Source: Porphyromonadaceae bacterium UBA4277 (lineage in GTDB: Bacteria > Bacteroidota > Bacteroidia > Bacteroidales > Muribaculaceae). From it: a stretch of DNA of 64,000 bases. Shown piece after piece: positions 50,800-60,600 of this stretch. Positions within the stretch are counted from its first letter, which is position 1. The number at the start of each line of letters is the position of its first letter. The position numbers and the translations under genes are program-made. The notes beneath the pieces are model-generated. The model was not told the DNA's origin, made no database searches, and saw only the letters and a list, made by a program, of their open reading frames with translations. Location of the stretch: the NCBI GenBank assembly GCA_002395965.1, contig DGVT01000121.1:44013-108012 (forward strand), given 5' to 3'.

Positions 50800-52011
50800 A
50801 TGAAAAATACTGATAAAACTTGGCAAGGTGGTATTGCCAAGAACATCACGTTTATAGTGACAAAGGACTGTCAATTGGCTTGCAAGTATTGTTACCTGGT
50901 GGGTAAGAATGAGAAGGAGCGGATGTCGTGGGAAACCGCAAAGGCCGCTATTGACTACATCCTGGGTCACGAGGCCGACTTCCCAGAGGCGAGCGTAGTG
51001 TGGGATTTTATCGGTGGCGAGCCGTTTTTGGAAATCGACCTGATAGACCGCATTTGTGACTATTTGAAAACAGAAATGTTCCGTTTGCGTCATCACTGGT
51101 TCGACAGCTACCGCTTCTCGTTCTCGACCAACGGCATCAACTACCACACGCCGGCGGTGCAGGCGTTTATCAAAAAGAACATCTCACACCTGAGTGTGGG
51201 CATCACCATCGACGGCACGCGGCAGAAGCACGACTTGAACCGCATATGGAAGGGCGCGGGGCCGGAGCGCGGTTCCTACGACGACGTGGTGCGCAACATT
51301 CCGCTGTGGCTCGAGCAGTTCCCCGGCGGCGGCACCAAGGTGACCATCAGCAGTGCCGACATTCCCTATATCTGCGAGAGCGTGCTGCATCTCTACAGCC
51401 TGGGCATCCATGAGGTGAACATCAATGTGGTGTTTGAGGACGTATGGGCCGATGGCGACGACAAGCGCTTCGAGGACCAACTCATGCAACTGGCCGACGC
51501 CATCATCGACGGCGGCTATTACCGCGACTATGCCTGCTCATTCTTCAGCGAGCACATCGGCAAGCCGCTCGACCCTAAGCTGGAGAATCAGAACTGGTGC
51601 GGTGCAGGCAAGATGCTGAGCGTGGATGCGGCGGGCAATTTTTATCCCTGCACGCGCTTTGCGGCGTACTCGCTGCGTGAGAAGCAACCCATCATCATCG
51701 GCAATGTGCATGATGGCATCGACAAGAATAAGCTGCGCCCCTTCCTCACGCTGGACCGCACCACGCAGAGTCTGCGCGAGTGCATTGATTGCGAAGTGGC
51801 CAGCGGGTGTGCTTGGTGTCAAGGCGAGAACTACGATGCAGCTGACACACCTACAGTATATCAACGTGCCACTGCTATCTGCTTGATGCACAAGGCACGC
51901 GTTCGCGCCAACAACTACTATTGGAATCGTCTATTCCGTAAGTTGGAGTTGGAGGGAGAGCGCGAGGAGTGTGAAAAGAACAAACCCAATGTTGAACCAC
52001 AAATTTGCTGA
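50800..52011 (+). CDS. Radical SAM peptide maturase, CXXX-repeat target family (SPASM)
   Basis: CQLACKYC, FIGGEP, STNG, TIDG; SPASM CGAG...YPC...CIDCEVASGCAWC...C. Confidence 0.93.
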   Translation: MKNTDKTWQGGIAKNITFIVTKDCQLACKYCYLVGKNEKERMSWETAKAAIDYILGHEADFPEASVVWDFIGGEPFLEIDLIDRICDYLKTEMFRLRHHWFDSYRFSFSTNGINYHTPAVQAFIKKNISHLSVGITIDGTRQKHDLNRIWKGAGPERGSYDDVVRNIPLWLEQFPGGGTKVTISSADIPYICESVLHLYSLGIHEVNINVVFEDVWADGDDKRFEDQLMQLADAIIDGGYYRDYACSFFSEHIGKPLDPKLENQNWCGAGKMLSVDAAGNFYPCTRFAAYSLREKQPIIIGNVHDGIDKNKLRPFLTLDRTTQSLRECIDCEVASGCAWCQGENYDAADTPTVYQRATAICLMHKARVRANNYYWNRLFRKLELEGEREECEKNKPNVEPQIC

Positions 52012-52015
52012 TGCC

Positions 52016-52945
52016 ATGCTTCAATACATGATTATCATGCTCGATGACACGAGCACATCGTTTTGCCACTATGAGGTCGACAATACTGAGCAGAAACCTA
52101 TCTCGCTGGAAGATTTGCGTGCAGGCATTCGTTTAGCCATGATTGAAAATCTGACTATCCAGTTTGTCTATCCGGTATATGAGTTGCCACAGGAATACAA
52201 GGATGTGATTCACACCATTGATCACAGCAACATTAAGCCAATGCAGACATCAACTGTCGATGCCGACGTTGTGGTGCTGGATGGCTGGGAGCAAAATACG
52301 CCTTCAAATGGCTCCGTAGTGGTGATACGCACCACTCTGACTGAACTTCTCACCCACGCCGATGTTTTGTGTAAATGGCTGACTAAGGTGGCAAGGCTGA
52401 ATGTGGTAATAACTGATGTGGATTGTTTTACCGATGATTTGCAACAAGCTTATAGTGACTTTTTAGCACAAGTGGGCGATGCCATTGAACGCCTCTATGT
52501 CAACGGCAGGTCGCCCCAGCTTAATCTGCTCACCGACCGCATGATGCTCACCAAGATGAACAACTGCGGCGCGGGCGACACTTGCATCACGCTGGCTCCC
52601 AATGGCAAATTCTACATTTGTCCGGCATTCTACTACGAGAACGAGGCCGACAGTGTGGGCGACCTGCAATCGGGTCTCAACATCCCCAACAAGCAACTCT
52701 ACAAGTTAGGGTACGCGCCCATTTGCCGCAACTGCGACGCCTGGCAGTGCCGACGCTGTGTGTGGTTCAACCGCAAAACCACGCTCGAAGTCAATACTCC
52801 GAGCCACGAGCAATGTGTGGTTGCGCACCTAGAGCGCAACGCTTCGCGTGAATTATTGGCAAAAATTCGTCAAAAAGGCACATTTTTGCCCGAAAATCCC
52901 GAGATTGAAGAAATAGATTATTTAGACCCTTTTGATAAACTATAA
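52016..52945 (+). CDS. CXXX-repeat peptide maturase (degenerate radical SAM N-terminus, intact SPASM)
   Basis: N-terminal LDDTSTSFCHY lacks the full CxxxCxxC; C-terminal CGAG...YICPAF...CRNCDAWQCRRC...C. Confidence 0.85.
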   Translation: MLQYMIIMLDDTSTSFCHYEVDNTEQKPISLEDLRAGIRLAMIENLTIQFVYPVYELPQEYKDVIHTIDHSNIKPMQTSTVDADVVVLDGWEQNTPSNGSVVVIRTTLTELLTHADVLCKWLTKVARLNVVITDVDCFTDDLQQAYSDFLAQVGDAIERLYVNGRSPQLNLLTDRMMLTKMNNCGAGDTCITLAPNGKFYICPAFYYENEADSVGDLQSGLNIPNKQLYKLGYAPICRNCDAWQCRRCVWFNRKTTLEVNTPSHEQCVVAHLERNASRELLAKIRQKGTFLPENPEIEEIDYLDPFDKL

Positions 52946-52950
52946 AAATA

Positions 52951-53220
52951 ATGAAGAAATTAGTTGGACAGGTGACACCTGAAGAAAAAGACGAGATACA
53001 GCGACTGTTTGAGCGTCGCAATGGACTGAACGAGTTGGCAAAGATACTTACTGCCGACAATATGGAACTCTATGAACGTCTGGTAGCCGATTTGGGCGAG
53101 ACCAGCACCAAGTTCCAGCAGTGGTGGGACGCAATGGCAGCCAAATATCAATGGGAAAGCATTCCTGATGGTAACTGGGAAATCAATTTTGACACTTGCG
53201 AAATCTATCTTGTAAACTGA
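52951..53220 (+). CDS. CXXX-repeat peptide modification system small protein
   Basis: KKLVGQVTPEEKDEIQRLFERRNGLNEL...WWDAMAAKYQWE...WEINFDTCEIY; position in the cassette. Confidence 0.85.
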   Translation: MKKLVGQVTPEEKDEIQRLFERRNGLNELAKILTADNMELYERLVADLGETSTKFQQWWDAMAAKYQWESIPDGNWEINFDTCEIYLVN

Positions 53221-53336
53221 TAAAAACCACAAGACTAAATGCTTCTTTACCACACGTTAAATATTCAGTGTTGGACGAAATATGAGTAAGAAAACCGTGG
53301 AAAAATCCTATGTTTTAAAAGATAGTTACACCAGGT

Positions 53337-56300
53337 TCAAAAAGTAACCATTATTGGCAGTACATTAGCACCTGTAATTTCAATTTGTGGTGTGGTGTTG
53401 CGGGCATCGGCGGGGTTCCACTCGATGGTGATTGTGCGGCGCTCGCCGGGAAGCAGGTGGAAATAATTGTCGCTGTAGATCACCGGCAGTATCTGCTCGC
53501 CGTCACTGCCATTGAGATTAAGCCGGAGCATCATTGCCGGCACAGTGCCCGTGTTCTCAAGCGTAACAATCGCTTTAGTGCCACTCATCGTTACCGCGGC
53601 ATCAACTATAGCCTGCGGCAGTGTGCGCAACACCTTGCGACTGCCTGACGTGGAACATACATAGTCGTTTTGAGAACGCAACCGACCTTGATTGTCGGTA
53701 AGCGTCAACCGCAAAATATACACGCCTCTGAAATCGGACGGAAGCGCTACCGGCATAGCCTGCAACGTAGTGTCTTCGTCGCAATTATATGGCCTGCTTT
53801 CAGCCCATAGCTCCGTTCCGTCGAGTGCAATAGCTACTGCCTTGACGGTGCCTTGCTGGTGGCCCGCAGAGCGATTAATCACCTCAACATTGGTTGTGAT
53901 GGGGTTCCACTGCACATGCAATGGCTCGCAGGCATGCTTCACGCCGAAGTAGGCTGCCGTGGGCTCAAGGTAGTAGTCGTAGGTCTGCCACGCCATTGTG
54001 GGCCAGCAGGGGTGACTCATCCATATCAGCAGCCCCATGCGATCGCGGCTGCCGGCCTCATACATGGCACGGTAGCCCTCGTAGTTTACCCACTGCGCCC
54101 ACTCGGTAAACTCCCGCATTGAAGCCGGTGAACCGAAGTCGTCGGCTATCATACGGTTAAACGACTCGCCGCGCTGCGCACCTTGCAAGGTGAAGTCGTG
54201 CCGCCCCCAGAACTCGTTTTGCGGCCATAGGTGCCCGGCATCCAAGGTGCGGCTCAGACCTTCTGTTGTCATCACACAGGGCATGCCGCGCTCGGTGTGC
54301 AGCTTGCCCGTCTGGCGCGAGAAATATTCAGCCGGAGCAAGGGCGTGATATGGTCCGTGACCGCTCACTCCATCGTCGGCCGAGTTTGAGATGTAGTCCA
54401 TGCCCGGGTGTAATTCGGCTACGGCCTGCCGCAGTCCTCGGTCGAGAGTCTCAGGCGGATAACCCTCGTTGCGACCGCAATAAATGGTGATGCATGGGTG
54501 CCGGCGTATCTTTTTGACCAGGTCGTGAGCATTGTCCATAAACATCGGTTCATCGGCAGGATCGGGGCCGTCGGCGGGATTGGCCAGCCAAAAGTCCTGC
54601 CACACCATGACGCCATAGCGGTCGCAAGCATCGTAGAACTCTTCGTCGGCAGTCATTCCCACCCAGTTGCGAATCATGTTGCAGTTCATTTCGCGATGAT
54701 AGCGCACGGCGGCATCATATTCCCTGCCGCGGTAGTTAAGGTTATTCTCACTGAAGCCCCAGTTGCCGCCCAATGGCACCACGCGCCTGTTATTGACGTA
54801 GATGCGTAACAGCGAGTCACGGCCGGTGGTGGTCACCTGGCGGATGCCGGCACGGTAATGAATGCTGTCGCAGGGACGGCCGGCTGCGGCAAACGAGAAT
54901 TCTGCTTCGTGCAAGTATGGCTCGCCATAGCCGTTGGGCCACCACAGGCGCATGCGGCGGTGTCGCAGTTGGGGGTAGTCGTCGGGAGAGAAGACGACCT
55001 CTATAGTTGTGTCGGCAGGGAGTGCTATGTCTTGGTCAAAACGAATATTGCCTATGTGGCCGGTGATCGTACCCCTCACGGGATGTAGTGCATGGTTGGT
55101 GAGCATAACGGCAGGTGTGATGGTGGCAAGGGTGTCGCCGGTGGCAAGGATGGTTGTCACCACCGGGTCACTCACTGTAACGTCGCCCGAGGCGGTGAGA
55201 TAGACATCGTCCCAGATGCCAATGTTGCGGCCGCGAATGGTAGAAATCCAGTCCCAGCCTATGGTTGCATGGAATGTGGGGTTGTCGGCACCCAAGATGC
55301 CGCCGTTGAAGTCGGTGCTCTGCGCTGTCTTCAGCTTCACTCCGCCGGGGTTGGCATTGGCAATAATGCGCACAGCGAGCACATTGCCGGTGGGCTTCAG
55401 GTAGGGAGTGATGTCGAATTTGCCGCGCTTGAAAGCTCCCTCAATGCGTCCCATTTTTTCACCATTTAGCCAGATGTCGGCCTTCCAGTTGATGCCGTCA
55501 AGGTTGAGCATCACCCGCCGCCCGGTCATTTCGCGAGGCAGGTCGAAGGTGCGCCTATACCAGAAGTCGCCGCCGAACCACGACTCGGAGGCTAATAGCA
55601 AGTTGTCGTCATGGTTCATGTCGGGCAAGGCTCCGGCGTTGACGTAGCTCGACAACACCGTGGCCGGAACGGTTGCCGGCAACCACTCGCCGGCATTAAA
55701 GTCGGGCATTGATATGCTCTCGCCGCCGGCCGGCACTAACGAAGCGCGTTGCAGGCGCCAGTCGCCGCCGTCAAGCAGCCATCGGCTTCCATCACGCCCT
55801 GCCGGAGCATGAGGCACGATGGTGACTCCGCCTGTGCCCATCACTTCCACCTCGCTAAGGGTGTAACAAGTGGTGTCACCTTCGGCACGAGGCATGCCGA
55901 GGCGTACATATCGGCAGCGAGTAGGAGTAAACGTTATTTCTTGCATGCCACACTGCTCAGCGCGGGTGACGGCGGTTGCCACACGCCAGTCATGACTATT
56001 GTCGCTCACCTCGACGCGTACCGGAGCAGGGGTGTCAATCCAGTGCATGTTCACCTTGTCAATGGTGGCGTCAGCGCCAAGGTCGATTTCCAGCCATTCA
56101 TCACTATTCTTGCCGCTGCTGCGCCAAGCGCTGGTGAAGTGAGTGGCCGGCAGGATGTGGCGAGCTGCTGTGCCGCCCCGCCGCATTCTGACTTCGGTGA
56201 TGGTCCAGTGAGCCGCGGCAGGGGATTTCAGCTCGATGCGTAAGTGAGAATGAGAGGCTACGGGCAACTTGAATGAATGATTGATGTTGCGTGTGGGAAG

Positions 56301-56894
56301 CAGGCGGTCGCCCGAGTCTTGTTTGTTGGGGTCGCTATGCACTTGGCGGCGTGAAGAGGTGCCGGGCAGTGAGTCGGCACTACACTCATCGGCCACCGTC
56401 CAGTGCTTGCCATCGCTCGATGTGAGCAAGCGCATCACCGAGCCTGAGCTGCGCTCGGGCATATATGCCATGCTGCACACCAGTTGCACCTCGTCCACAT
56501 CAATGCTCATGCCATGCCAGTCATATTGCAGCCAGGTGTCGCTGCCCATCAGCGTGCAGCTGGTCCACTCGTTGCCGTCGATGGTGGCCTCGCGCCCCGG
56601 CATGGGATGCTCACCGGCGGGTGTGCTGACCGATAGCCATGCCGGCTCTTCATGGCTTATTACTCCATCGGTGAGCAGCTGTGCCGTGAGGTTGAAATCC
56701 CATGCCGACGACTGGCGCACAGGGCGATGTAGTGCCACGTTGCGATAGTCGCCACCGGGCACTATCGTTGGCCCGAAATATTCTGCCGGATTGCCCGGGT
56801 ACATGCCTATGCCGCGTGTGGGCAGAGGCTGGGCGGTGGTGGCTGGCAGGAGCAATGTCGCTAAGCAGACAAGCAGTAGAGCTTTTTTCATCAT
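53337..56894 (-). CDS. GH2 glycosidase (beta-mannosidase/exo-beta-glucosaminidase-like) with F5/8-type C (discoidin) domains
   Basis: Signal peptide MMKKALLL; WLEIDLG discoidin motif; GINWKADIWLNG, GWDW, LWWPNGYG, NMIRNW, GVMVWQDFW, YCGRNE, HTERGMP. Confidence 0.9.
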   Translation of the reverse strand: MMKKALLLVCLATLLLPATTAQPLPTRGIGMYPGNPAEYFGPTIVPGGDYRNVALHRPVRQSSAWDFNLTAQLLTDGVISHEEPAWLSVSTPAGEHPMPGREATIDGNEWTSCTLMGSDTWLQYDWHGMSIDVDEVQLVCSMAYMPERSSGSVMRLLTSSDGKHWTVADECSADSLPGTSSRRQVHSDPNKQDSGDRLLPTRNINHSFKLPVASHSHLRIELKSPAAAHWTITEVRMRRGGTAARHILPATHFTSAWRSSGKNSDEWLEIDLGADATIDKVNMHWIDTPAPVRVEVSDNSHDWRVATAVTRAEQCGMQEITFTPTRCRYVRLGMPRAEGDTTCYTLSEVEVMGTGGVTIVPHAPAGRDGSRWLLDGGDWRLQRASLVPAGGESISMPDFNAGEWLPATVPATVLSSYVNAGALPDMNHDDNLLLASESWFGGDFWYRRTFDLPREMTGRRVMLNLDGINWKADIWLNGEKMGRIEGAFKRGKFDITPYLKPTGNVLAVRIIANANPGGVKLKTAQSTDFNGGILGADNPTFHATIGWDWISTIRGRNIGIWDDVYLTASGDVTVSDPVVTTILATGDTLATITPAVMLTNHALHPVRGTITGHIGNIRFDQDIALPADTTIEVVFSPDDYPQLRHRRMRLWWPNGYGEPYLHEAEFSFAAAGRPCDSIHYRAGIRQVTTTGRDSLLRIYVNNRRVVPLGGNWGFSENNLNYRGREYDAAVRYHREMNCNMIRNWVGMTADEEFYDACDRYGVMVWQDFWLANPADGPDPADEPMFMDNAHDLVKKIRRHPCITIYCGRNEGYPPETLDRGLRQAVAELHPGMDYISNSADDGVSGHGPYHALAPAEYFSRQTGKLHTERGMPCVMTTEGLSRTLDAGHLWPQNEFWGRHDFTLQGAQRGESFNRMIADDFGSPASMREFTEWAQWVNYEGYRAMYEAGSRDRMGLLIWMSHPCWPTMAWQTYDYYLEPTAAYFGVKHACEPLHVQWNPITTNVEVINRSAGHQQGTVKAVAIALDGTELWAESRPYNCDEDTTLQAMPVALPSDFRGVYILRLTLTDNQGRLRSQNDYVCSTSGSRKVLRTLPQAIVDAAVTMSGTKAIVTLENTGTVPAMMLRLNLNGSDGEQILPVIYSDNYFHLLPGERRTITIEWNPADARNTTPQIEITGANVLPIMVTF

Positions 56895-57068
56895 GAGGCG
56901 AATTAATGTGCTCAAAGTTACGCAACCTGCATCAAATATGCAAATTTGCTGATGCTTATAGTCGGCATTTTCGACTAAAACTTGTGATATAGAAATGGAA
57001 TGGCTAATTTTGTGCAAAATAATGAAGACCACGAACCTCGTTCTGTTAAAACCTAAACTTATTAGATA

Positions 57069-57377
57069 ATGAGTCTTTACCCGAAATTTATATTGACTAC
57101 CGACGGGCATTTGCGCCTGGGAATGGTGCACTTGCATCGTGAGCTGCTTGAGCCGCAGGACCATTGTGCCGGTGGCGGCTTTTATCGCTTTGATGCCGTG
57201 GAAGGCCGGCTACTGCTCGAGCGGGAATCTTACGACTATGGCCCCCCACGGTGGAGTGCCGTGGACAGGCTCATCGTGCCGCGCGACTATGAAGGGTTGC
57301 GCCTGGTGTATGTGTCAAGCGCATGGCCCTATGACGAGCATGATTTGACTTCGTTGTTCGGTGTGACTTACGAGTGA
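57069..57377 (+). CDS. Hypothetical protein
   Basis: Host-like codon usage, AT-rich upstream region, motifs GGGFY and SYDYG. Confidence 0.65.
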   Translation: MSLYPKFILTTDGHLRLGMVHLHRELLEPQDHCAGGGFYRFDAVEGRLLLERESYDYGPPRWSAVDRLIVPRDYEGLRLVYVSSAWPYDEHDLTSLFGVTYE

Positions 57378-57636
57378 CCTATGATGCCGTGCTCTTGCGT
57401 TTTGCGTGATGTCTAAGAGCAAGAGGCTTTGCTGGTTAATGGCCTTTGGGCTGATTACGATTAAGCGAATGACCATTTTGTTGATTTTTTTTGAAGGTAG
57501 GCATTAAAGTGAAAAAAAATACCTATATTTGCAAGCTCAATTTACGCGAATGCTGTAAAGTGCTGGCAAAATGTAAAAAGCAGATTGAATATTGACTAAT
57601 TATATATTTTTACACATTAACAAACCTTTTTTTATT

Positions 57637-60600
57637 ATGAGTATTAAGAAAAATTTGCTTTTAGTGTTGGCTATTCTCTTGCCGTTGACGCTATTAGCAG
57701 GTGTGGTGAGCCCCTCACAGGCACTGAACGAAGCAAAAACCTTTGCTCAGGGTCGCAAAGTGATGGCAGCCGTTAACACACCTGCCGGTGCAAAGCGTGC
57801 TCAGAGTGCCGATGCATCAGCCTACTACTATGTCTTCAACATTGCCGACAATGGCGGCTTTGTCATCGTCAGTGGTGACGATCGCACCAACCCCATTCTG
57901 GGCTATAGCGATGCCGGCTACTTCGACGCAACGAAGATTCCCGCAAACATGAAGAGCTGGCTCGATGGCTATGCCGAGCAAATCAAGGCGCTCGACACCA
58001 TGAGCGACGGCGAGGCTGCACGCCTGCTTGCTGCACCACGCAAGGCTGCCGTGCCCACGCGCAACTCTATCGCCCCGTTGATTACCACCAAGTGGGACCA
58101 GGCTACTCCCTACTGGAACGAGTGTCCGCAGTTTATGAACTCAGACGACGAGGCCGACGGCTATGAACTGGCCTATACCGGCTGTGTGGCTACCGCCATG
58201 TCGCAAATCATGAACTTCCATAAGTTCCCCGCACAGACGTCGCAGGTTATTCCTGCCTATTCGTTTACCTATAGCGACGGCAACTACAACTACAGCACCG
58301 TGCAAATGGACGAACTGCCCATCACCACCTTCGATTGGGAGCACATGCGCGACACCTACACCGGTGCCGAGGACGAAGTCTATACCAAAGCTGTGGCTCA
58401 CCTGATGCTCTATGTGGGCTGCGCCATCAAGTCGCAATATGGCGTGTCGGCAACAGGTGCCTACACCGACGACATCCCCAAGGGCTTCGCGCTGTTCGGC
58501 TACGGCTCGAAGCTGGCTTATCGCAACGACTACACCCAGGAGGTGTGGGACGACATGGTGTATGCCGAGCTGGCAGCCGGTCGCCCGATGATCTATAACG
58601 GCACTGCCGGCAGTGGCGGCGGTCACTCGTTTATCTGCGATGGCTATGAATATGGCGACTACTTCCACATCAACTGGGGTTGGGGTGGAATGGGCAACGG
58701 CTACTTCCAGCTTGCCGTGCTCAATCCCAAAGCCAGCGGAATTGGCGGCTCGGCAAGTGCCGAGGGCTATAACATGAAGCAGAACATCGTCTATAACATC
58801 GTGCCCGGCGGTGCTACCCCCAGTGGCGATGACGACGAGGAAGAACCCGCCCTCACCGTTACATTCACCAACGGCCCCAGCGGATGGGAGCGCGATGCTG
58901 CTTCGCTTCCGTTCAAGATCTATAAGTCTAAGATTGTGAAGGTGGGCTACTCTGATCACTCCGGCTCGGGCAAGAAGTTCAAGACTGCTCTTGCACTGCT
59001 CAACCCCGCCGACGGCACTTTCAGCGTGCTTCCCAACTCAGAAGACAACGTCTATATGCAGGTCACTACGTCGGCCCTGGGTCAGACCCACAGCTTCGGT
59101 AGCGGCGTTGCATCCAACTCAAGCCTGGTCATCCCCTTCGGTGCAGGCCTTACCGGCACCTACCACTTGGTGGGCGTGTATCAGCTTGAAGGCACCACCG
59201 ACTGGAAGGTGATGAAGGAAGCCGACCGCCACTACCTGGAGGTGAACATGAGCAACACCGACTGCCAGGCAAGCGCACATCCCGTTATCAACCTGCAAGC
59301 CACCAACTGGGAGTTCACCGGCGGTGAGCGCGTGAACGCGAAGGAGCAAATCCACGTCACACTGAAGAACAACAGTGTTGACCGCTTCTACGGCGACCTG
59401 TACCTCGACTTCGGCGGCCAGCAGATCGACGAGTATTCACAATATACTACCGTGGTAACCGGTGAAGTGCTTCCCGGCCAGGAGAACACCATCACCTTCA
59501 ACGTGACCCCGGCATCGTCGGGCAACAAGACCGTGCGGGTGATGCTCATCGACCAGTATGGATACTATAATACCATAGCTCAAACGACCGTCAATATCGC
59601 CGAGAGCACCGAAGCCGAAGAGCTCAACCTCTCGGTAGTTATCAAGACCGAAAACTCGGTACCTGCCGACAACGCTGGTGACTTCGACGTGATCTACGAC
59701 AGTCACGCACGCTTCAGCGCAGCTATCACCAACCACAGCAACGGCGAGTACAACAAGTATGTGCTGGCTCCGCTGTTCATCGTCGAGAAGAACGAAGACG
59801 GTTCGGTGGTAGGTGGCTCGATGGTGACCTACAAGCAGCAGACAATCTCGCTGGCTGCCGGTGAGACGAAGACCTACTACTTCGACTTCGACAACTTAGC
59901 CTATGGCTCGACCTACGCAATGAACATCTACGCACGCAACAATGTGCCCGACAGCGAGGACGCTTCTCACGTTGACAACATCGTTGAGCCCGGACACTCG
60001 GTGTACTACGACATCAAGCCCGGTATCATCACCTGGACTGCCGACGGCACTCGTAACGGCGTGAAGCCCGTGGAGAACTTCCAGGTGGCTGCCGACGTGG
60101 CTGCCGTGAGCCTCGAAGGCATCACCCTGAACAACATCGTGCCTAACGATAACCCCAACACCATCTATGTGCTCGACGAAGGCGCAACTGCTCCGCAGAG
60201 CATCGCCGGCCTTAACGTCGTTACCGGCAACACTGCTTCAAGCATTGCACTGAAGGATGGTTACCCCTACTTCATCCCGCAGAGCTTCACCGCAGGCACT
60301 GTGAGCTATGAGCGCACTTTCACTACCGGTCGCGTGGCCGGTCAGGACGGTGGCTTCAGCACTGTGGTGCTGCCATTTGCTCCCACATCGGTTACTGCTG
60401 CCGGAAGCGAGCTGCAACGCTACAATGCAGGCACCGACGCCGGCAAGGACTACTGGATGCTCTACTTCAACCAGGAGAACGACGGCGTTGCCAACTTTGA
60501 CTATGCAAGCCAGATCGAGGCCAACGTGCCCTATGTGATGGCAGTGAACAGCAAGCTCATCGGCAAGCCCGTGACTATGGCTGCCGAGAACGTGCTTCTC

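Noticed and set aside
53282-53347. Short frame MSKKTVEKSYVLKDSYTRFKK after the RiPP cassette
   Set aside because: Could be the stump of a deleted downstream gene, but it is too short to support a call.
56895-57164. N-terminal extensions given by the ORF track for GH2 (also rimP, tsaE, BtuF-like, ispG, DUF3822)
   Set aside because: They overlap promoters or neighbouring genes; downstream ATGs give proper signal peptides or family N-termini.
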